Source of the DNA: Candidatus Saccharimonadia bacterium
GTDB lineage: Bacteria > Patescibacteriota > Saccharimonadia > UBA4664 > SCTI01
Direction of reading: 5' to 3'
NCBI GenBank assembly: GCA_046597065.1
Contig: JBKJLI010000002.1
Coordinates: 116,071-180,070, forward strand
Length of the DNA stretch: 64,000 bases
Numbering within the stretch: position 1 is the stretch's first letter; every line of letters begins with the position of its first letter. Made by a program: the position numbers and the translations under genes. Of this stretch, positions 58,487 to 64,000 are shown in pieces. The notes below the pieces were generated by a model. That model was not told the origin of the DNA. It made no database searches and saw only the letters and a program-made list of their open reading frames with translations.

Positions 58487-61096
58487 TCAGGGGCCGAATC
58501 CGGTTATATTAATGGTTTTTTCGGTTTCACCGGTATACAACCCAGCATCACTAACGCTGGCCTTGATCGTGTGGCTGCCACCGGCTGTTGGTATGTAGGG
58601 GAAGGTGTAAACCGTACTACCGCTAATAGTTTGGGTTGAAATAACTTGGTCGTCGAAGAAAATGGTTAAACTATTGGCGGTGAAAGTGCCACTAACGACC
58701 GTGGCAGTGATCAGAATGGGATTGTCACCTGTGACAGTCAGGGTAACCAAGGGCTTTATATCAGAGCAACTATGGGCATTATCGCTTTCGTTTGGTATGG
58801 CACCCCCAGATCCTGCGCCGATACTTGCCGCCAGTGCTGCCACCGGCGGCTCCCATCGACCATAGGCAATATCGGTAGCTGGTATTTCGGCATGAATCTG
58901 GCCAGAGGTGACGGTTTGAACAGCGGCAGGTGGTGTACAGGGAGTTGCCAGCTTCCCAGAAATCTTATCTACCTGGGCGGTTTTAACGCTGCCTGCTTCT
59001 TGGACCTTGTACCAGCTGGGGAAAATATCAGTACGTTTGTTTTTAGTGGCAGCGGTCACAGCTGTGCCGGTATCGCCATCTAGGGTTAAGGTTTGGATGC
59101 CACTGGCTGTCGGAAAGGCGCTATCGGCAGGGTAGTCAGCAAGGGCTTTTACCATATAGTCATGCCAAATTGGGGCCGCTATATCAACCGCCTCGCTGGT
59201 CATTGGCTTGTTATCGTTGTTGCCGGCCCAAACCCCGGTAACTAGGTCGGGCGAAAAGCCCATCGTCCAGGCGTCGTTATAATACTCAGTTGTACCGGTT
59301 TTGGCACCAACGTTGCGGCCGTTGATATGCAACGGGTTATTCGCCCCAAAGATGTACTGGCGAGACCTATCATCACTAAGAACATTAGACATGATGTAGG
59401 CAATCTGAGCGTCAAGGACACGCTTACCTTGAGGCTTTGAGTTGTCTTCGATCACTTTATTGCGTGGGTCGGTAACTTTTAAAACCGGTATTGGCTGGTA
59501 ATGCATGCCGCCGTTAGCAAAGCTGCTGTAGGCGTTAACCATGTCATTTAGCTTGACCTCGCCAGATCCTAGTACTAAGCTCAATCCATAATCTCCAGCC
59601 GGCTGGTTTAAGGTAGTGATACCAAGGTTGTGGGCGGTTTGAATGGAGCTACTTACACCGGCAATGTAGAGCATTTTTACTGCAGGGATATTCAATGAGC
59701 CATCAAGTGCGGTGCGGACCGACTGGATGCCGTAGTTGCGGCCAGAGTAGTTTTTTGGAGTGTAGCCCCCACCAAAATCGGTTTTAACATCATAGATAGT
59801 ACTACCGGCCCCCCAGTTACCTTTTAGGGCTGTGGCGTAAACAAAGGGCTTAAAACTCGAGCCCGGCTGGCGGTTCGCCAAGGCCACATTATATGCACCA
59901 TACTTTTTATCGTTATAGTCATATGAACCGATCATGGCCAGCACTTGACCGGTCTTTGGATCGGCCGATACCATTGCGACGTTGGACCCGCCTGAACGCC
60001 GAACGGCTGAAATCCCGGTGCGAGGATTGTCGATAGCGCCTTGAGCCAGTTGCTGCTTTTTAACATCAAGAGTGGTGATTACTTTAAGGCCGCCATTATC
60101 AACTGCTCCAGCGCCATACTTGTTTTCTAAGTATTCCTGAGCGTAGTAGGCAAAATGAGGATATGGGCTGACGGCAGTCAAAGTTTGAGGGGTGGCGGCT
60201 AGGCCGATAGTTGAAAAATCGGTATCGACTTTTGCCTTGTCGGCCTCGGCTTTTGTTAAATATTTCTGATCGGTCATGCGGTCAAGAATTAGATGCTGTC
60301 GTTCTACTAATGAGTCTTTATGCTGTCCATAAGGTGAAAAATAGGTTGGTGCATTAGGTATGGCGGCTAGGAGTGCCGACTGCGACACCGTTAGGTTTGG
60401 CGTACATTTATCACCCTTAATGTCCTGTGGGAAGTAGGTGCGACAGGCGGCTTCGATGCCATATGCTTGGTTGCCGTATGGGATTTCATTAAGATAAAGC
60501 TTTAAAATGTCATCTTTTTTATATAGCGACTCAATTTCGATAGATAGAATCAACTCTTTCATTTTTCGAGTCACGCTTTGGTCGGTGGTTTCAAGGAGTG
60601 CGTTTTTAACATATTGCTGAGTAATGGTTGAACCACCTTGTAGCGAACCACCTGCTCGGTTAAAAACGTCAACAAAGGCGGCTCTTAAAATACCCAAAAC
60701 GCTAAATCCACCATGTTTATAAAAGTTGCGATCCTCTATCGAGATGGTGGCATCTTTAAGGCTCTGGGGCATGTCGGAAAACTCGATAACTTTGCGGTTT
60801 TTGTCGCCATGGATTTCGAAAATCTTGGTTTGTCCGGTGCGGTCGAAGAACTCGGTATTTTGCGAGCCGATACGCGCGTTTATCTTGCCGGGGCTGGGAA
60901 GGTCCTTAGCGAAATACAGAAAAACTAACAGAATAAACGCAAAACCACCGGCAGCAATTTTACCAGCCCGCTTAGCACCATCAGCATTTAGCCAGTAGCG
61001 CTTAAAGTTATTAGGACTGGTGAATGAGCCGAAAAATCGACCGGCGCGAGCTTTAATATCTTTGCTACCGCCGCGAATCACTTTACGTTGAGCCAT
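58487..61096 (-). CDS. class A penicillin-binding protein (transglycosylase/transpeptidase)
   Basis: ED..FY.H.G, GGSTITQQ, RK..E, S.FK, SLN, KTG. Confidence 0.96.
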   Translation of the reverse strand: MAQRKVIRGGSKDIKARAGRFFGSFTSPNNFKRYWLNADGAKRAGKIAAGGFAFILLVFLYFAKDLPSPGKINARIGSQNTEFFDRTGQTKIFEIHGDKNRKVIEFSDMPQSLKDATISIEDRNFYKHGGFSVLGILRAAFVDVFNRAGGSLQGGSTITQQYVKNALLETTDQSVTRKMKELILSIEIESLYKKDDILKLYLNEIPYGNQAYGIEAACRTYFPQDIKGDKCTPNLTVSQSALLAAIPNAPTYFSPYGQHKDSLVERQHLILDRMTDQKYLTKAEADKAKVDTDFSTIGLAATPQTLTAVSPYPHFAYYAQEYLENKYGAGAVDNGGLKVITTLDVKKQQLAQGAIDNPRTGISAVRRSGGSNVAMVSADPKTGQVLAMIGSYDYNDKKYGAYNVALANRQPGSSFKPFVYATALKGNWGAGSTIYDVKTDFGGGYTPKNYSGRNYGIQSVRTALDGSLNIPAVKMLYIAGVSSSIQTAHNLGITTLNQPAGDYGLSLVLGSGEVKLNDMVNAYSSFANGGMHYQPIPVLKVTDPRNKVIEDNSKPQGKRVLDAQIAYIMSNVLSDDRSRQYIFGANNPLHINGRNVGAKTGTTEYYNDAWTMGFSPDLVTGVWAGNNDNKPMTSEAVDIAAPIWHDYMVKALADYPADSAFPTASGIQTLTLDGDTGTAVTAATKNKRTDIFPSWYKVQEAGSVKTAQVDKISGKLATPCTPPAAVQTVTSGQIHAEIPATDIAYGRWEPPVAALAASIGAGSGGAIPNESDNAHSCSDIKPLVTLTVTGDNPILITATVVSGTFTANSLTIFFDDQVISTQTISGSTVYTFPYIPTAGGSHTIKASVSDAGLYTGETEKTINITGFGP

Positions 61097-61212
61097 AGTT
61101 GGTTGAGCACTCTCCTCTGGTAGACATTATAGCGAGTACCAAGCAGTTTCACCAGCCTGGATGGTTTTATCCAACGGGTGGGCAACAGCTTTAATATGCT
61201 ATGATTATGGTC

Positions 61213-62394
61213 ATGAAAGAGCTAATTCTAGGACGCGCCAAGGATATTATCACCGAAGCCGATTTTGAGCGTGGGCTCGAAAGTAAAAAACTCCGTATCA
61301 AGTTTGGCATCGACCCCACCGGCCCCCGCTTGCACTTGGGTCGAGCCTCAACTATCCGCCGACTACGTAATTTGCAAGATATGGGGCACACAATTGTATT
61401 AATTATTGGCGACCGCACCGCCGAAATTGGCGATGCTTCCGACAAGTCATCACAGCGCGAGGTATTAAGTGCCGATCAGATTCACGCCAATATAACAGAT
61501 TATAAGCGGCAATTAGGCCTTATTCTGGATATTGATAAAGTCGAGCTGCACTACAACTCGGAGTGGTTCGACAAGCTCGAAGTGGCCGAGCTTGCTAAAC
61601 TTGCCAGCCACTTTACTGTGGCCCAGATGATCGAACGCGACAATTTTTCTAAGCGTTTCAAGGAACAGAAACCAATTAGTTTGCACGAGTTTTTGTATCC
61701 GGTATTACAAGGGTATGATTCGGTGGCGATCAAGGCTGATGTAGAAGTCGGCGGTACCGACCAACTGTTTAATATGATGGCCGGGCGCACCTTACAGAAG
61801 CATTATGGCCAAGTTCCACAGTGCGTAGTGACTTTTGATTTGTTAACTGCACCGGATGGTCGAAAAATGTCGACAAGTTGGCAGAACGCTATCTTTATTA
61901 CCGATGAACCAGCCGACATGTATGGCAAAATAATGCGTATTAATGATGAGTTAATTGCCGAGTACTATCGAATATGTACCGATATACCTCTGGACGTAAT
62001 TGAACAGGCGGTGGCTGGTATTGCAGGAGGCGCCAACCCGCGTGATACCAAGGCCAGTCTGGCGCGAGAGATCGTGCGAATTTACCATGGTGAGGATGAG
62101 GCCATTGCGGCCGAGGAGGCCTTTAACCGCCAGTTTCGGGATAAGCAGCCCGATGCCAGCGATCGTGAGGTTCTGAATATTAAGACCTCATCGGAGTTAG
62201 CGGTGGTATATGAGTTCTTGGCTGAACATGGTTTAGCGCCAAGCAAGTCAGAGGCCAAGCGTCTGATAGAACAAGGGGGAGTGCGGATCAATGATGCGGT
62301 GGTAACGGTAAACGCCAAGCACAAGTTTAAGAGTGGCGACATTCTTCAGATTGGCAAGCGTCGAATCTACGAGCTCCATTTAAGCACCAAGTGA
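61213..62394 (+). CDS. tyrS: tyrosine--tRNA ligase
   Basis: G.DPT...LHLGR, GGTDQ.FN, KMSTS, S4 domain; start moved to ATG 61213. Confidence 0.96.
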   Translation: MKELILGRAKDIITEADFERGLESKKLRIKFGIDPTGPRLHLGRASTIRRLRNLQDMGHTIVLIIGDRTAEIGDASDKSSQREVLSADQIHANITDYKRQLGLILDIDKVELHYNSEWFDKLEVAELAKLASHFTVAQMIERDNFSKRFKEQKPISLHEFLYPVLQGYDSVAIKADVEVGGTDQLFNMMAGRTLQKHYGQVPQCVVTFDLLTAPDGRKMSTSWQNAIFITDEPADMYGKIMRINDELIAEYYRICTDIPLDVIEQAVAGIAGGANPRDTKASLAREIVRIYHGEDEAIAAEEAFNRQFRDKQPDASDREVLNIKTSSELAVVYEFLAEHGLAPSKSEAKRLIEQGGVRINDAVVTVNAKHKFKSGDILQIGKRRIYELHLSTK

Positions 62395-64000
62395 GTTTTA
62401 ATTTAGAGCATCGAGTCGAAACTCTTAAAGGCGTTGGCAAAACCCAAGCCGCCAAACTGGAGCGATTAGGCATTATAACGGTCGGCGACTTGCTGGCACA
62501 CTGGCCGCGGCGGTACGACGACTTTTCGAAGATAATCCCAATGCGACAAATGCGGCCTGGGTCAGTGACATTTAAGGGGCAGATTGTACATATTGCGGCC
62601 CGTCGGGCGCGGGCCAAACGCCTTACAATTACCGAGGCCATTATTACCGACGGCACCGGAACAGTAAAAGCTATTTGGTTTAACCAACCCTTTTTGGTCA
62701 AACAGTACCCCAGTGGCACTCCCGTTTTGGTTGCCGGTCAGCTAGTTTTTAAAAATAGTGATTTGGCAATGCAGTCTCCGGCTCTGGAGCGCGATGAGGG
62801 AGAGGGCGGCCGCCATACGGGGCGGATTGTCCCGGTTTATCCAGAAACCGAGGGTATAAGCTCAAAACAGCTACGAAACTGGATCATGCCACTTTTGCCG
62901 CTTACAGATGATTTAACAGAATCAATGCCGGATATGGTGCTTAAGAAAGCTCGGTTAATGGGCCGTTCGCGGGCGCTGGTAGAGATTCACGCACCATCAA
63001 GTGAGCTGAATCTGCGCAAGGCCCGACACCGGTTTGCCTTTGAAGAACTTTTTTTCATTATCGCAGCTAGTTTGGTCATAAAACACGAGATCAAAACCGA
63101 ACCCGGCCCTCTGATCAAACTACAGGTCCCAGTTGCTCAGGATTTTGTAAAAGCGCTGAGTTTTAACTTAACCAATGCTCAACGCCAAGCCGCTTGGCAG
63201 ATTCTAAAGGACATGACCGGCGAACATCCGATGAATCGCTTGCTCGAAGGCGACGTTGGTACCGGTAAAACGGTGGTGGCTATGTTGGCAGCTACAATGG
63301 CGATTCGCAGTGGGTTTCAGGCGGCCTTAATGGTGCCAACCGACATTCTGGCTCGTCAGCATGCTAGCAGTTTGGCGGCCCTGGCTGAAAAGTTGAGTAT
63401 CAAGATTGCTCTAGTTTTGGGGCGTGACGCTGCTGCAGTTAAACGCGTAGCCGAGGCTGCCGCAGCCGAAGGCAGTGCCCAGCTTGTAATCGGCACGCAC
63501 GCGCTACTTGGCGAAAAGTTTAAGTTTGCCAATCTAGGGTTAGTAATAATCGACGAACAGCACCGCTTTGGCGTAGAACAACGCCAAAAGCTCAAAGATA
63601 AGGCCGGCCGCTTACCGCACCTACTTAGCATGACTGCCACACCGATTCCTCGTACATTGGCCTTGACGGTTTACGGCGATCTGGACATTTCGATTATCGA
63701 TGAGTTGCCGCCGGGTCGTAAAGAAGTGGCTACCAAAGTTATAAAAGCTAAAGACCGCTCGGTAGCTCAGGGTTTTATCGATAAGCAGATAACCGAGGGT
63801 CGGCAGGTATTTGTGGTCTGTCCGCTAATAGATGATTCAGAATTGCTGGCGGTCAAAAGTGTCACTGCCGAAGTTGAGCGATTACGTTTAGGCCCATTTA
63901 AACACCGACGCATTGGTATGGTGCACGGAAAGCTTAAGCCGGCCGAACGTGAAGAAGTAGTTGGCCAATTTGTAGCCGGTGATCTGGATATCCTAGTGGC
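62391..64000 (+). CDS. recG: ATP-dependent DNA helicase RecG (3' truncated by window edge; absent from ORF track)
   Basis: GTG overlapping tyrS stop; LKGVG, MNRLLEGDVGTGKT, DEQHRFGV, MTATPIPRTL. Confidence 0.96.
   Translation, partial: MSFNLEHRVETLKGVGKTQAAKLERLGIITVGDLLAHWPRRYDDFSKIIPMRQMRPGSVTFKGQIVHIAARRARAKRLTITEAIITDGTGTVKAIWFNQPFLVKQYPSGTPVLVAGQLVFKNSDLAMQSPALERDEGEGGRHTGRIVPVYPETEGISSKQLRNWIMPLLPLTDDLTESMPDMVLKKARLMGRSRALVEIHAPSSELNLRKARHRFAFEELFFIIAASLVIKHEIKTEPGPLIKLQVPVAQDFVKALSFNLTNAQRQAAWQILKDMTGEHPMNRLLEGDVGTGKTVVAMLAATMAIRSGFQAALMVPTDILARQHASSLAALAEKLSIKIALVLGRDAAAVKRVAEAAAAEGSAQLVIGTHALLGEKFKFANLGLVIIDEQHRFGVEQRQKLKDKAGRLPHLLSMTATPIPRTLALTVYGDLDISIIDELPPGRKEVATKVIKAKDRSVAQGFIDKQITEGRQVFVVCPLIDDSELLAVKSVTAEVERLRLGPFKHRRIGMVHGKLKPAEREEVVGQFVAGDLDILV

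Noticed and set aside
1-64000. CRISPR arrays, DGR, inteins, introns, rRNA, tmRNA, RNase P RNA, recoded stop codons
   Set aside because: No repeat-spacer array, reverse transcriptase or large insertion was seen; core proteins have normal lengths and several end at TGA, consistent with code 11. Inspection was by eye only.

Overview
64 kb of a reduced bacterial chromosome, almost certainly Patescibacteria (CPR) and probably Saccharimonadia-like; this is inferred from gene content and order, not from a marker search. Most of the window is housekeeping: rpe-tkt-tkt-fba-pfkB, uvrB/uvrA/uvrC, secG, prs, lemA-htpX, ligA, gatCAB, dnaE, rplS-rnhB-yraN, pepF, nusA, clpC-radA-yacL, a class A PBP, tyrS, partial recG, and 7 tRNA genes that all encode CCA. 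Four things stand out. (1) A ~3.6 kb serine-recombinase element at the tRNA-Gly 3' end whose likely crossover core lies inside the recombinase gene, so excision would swap a 5-residue C-terminus for an in-frame 34-residue one. The same element carries a C4/CI-like structured RNA and a leader-peptide/hairpin unit. (2) The target tRNA-Gly has a compensatory U19:A56 elbow pair, and A56 also creates the recombinase stop codon. (3) Six dispersed orphan cassettes each have a full promoter, strong Shine-Dalgarno, C/G-ending codons and a 3' hairpin, whereas many core genes look leaderless. (4) A small structured element bounded by tRNA-Leu T-arm/3'-end copies. All calls are by eye from sequence and motif recognition; no searches were run.
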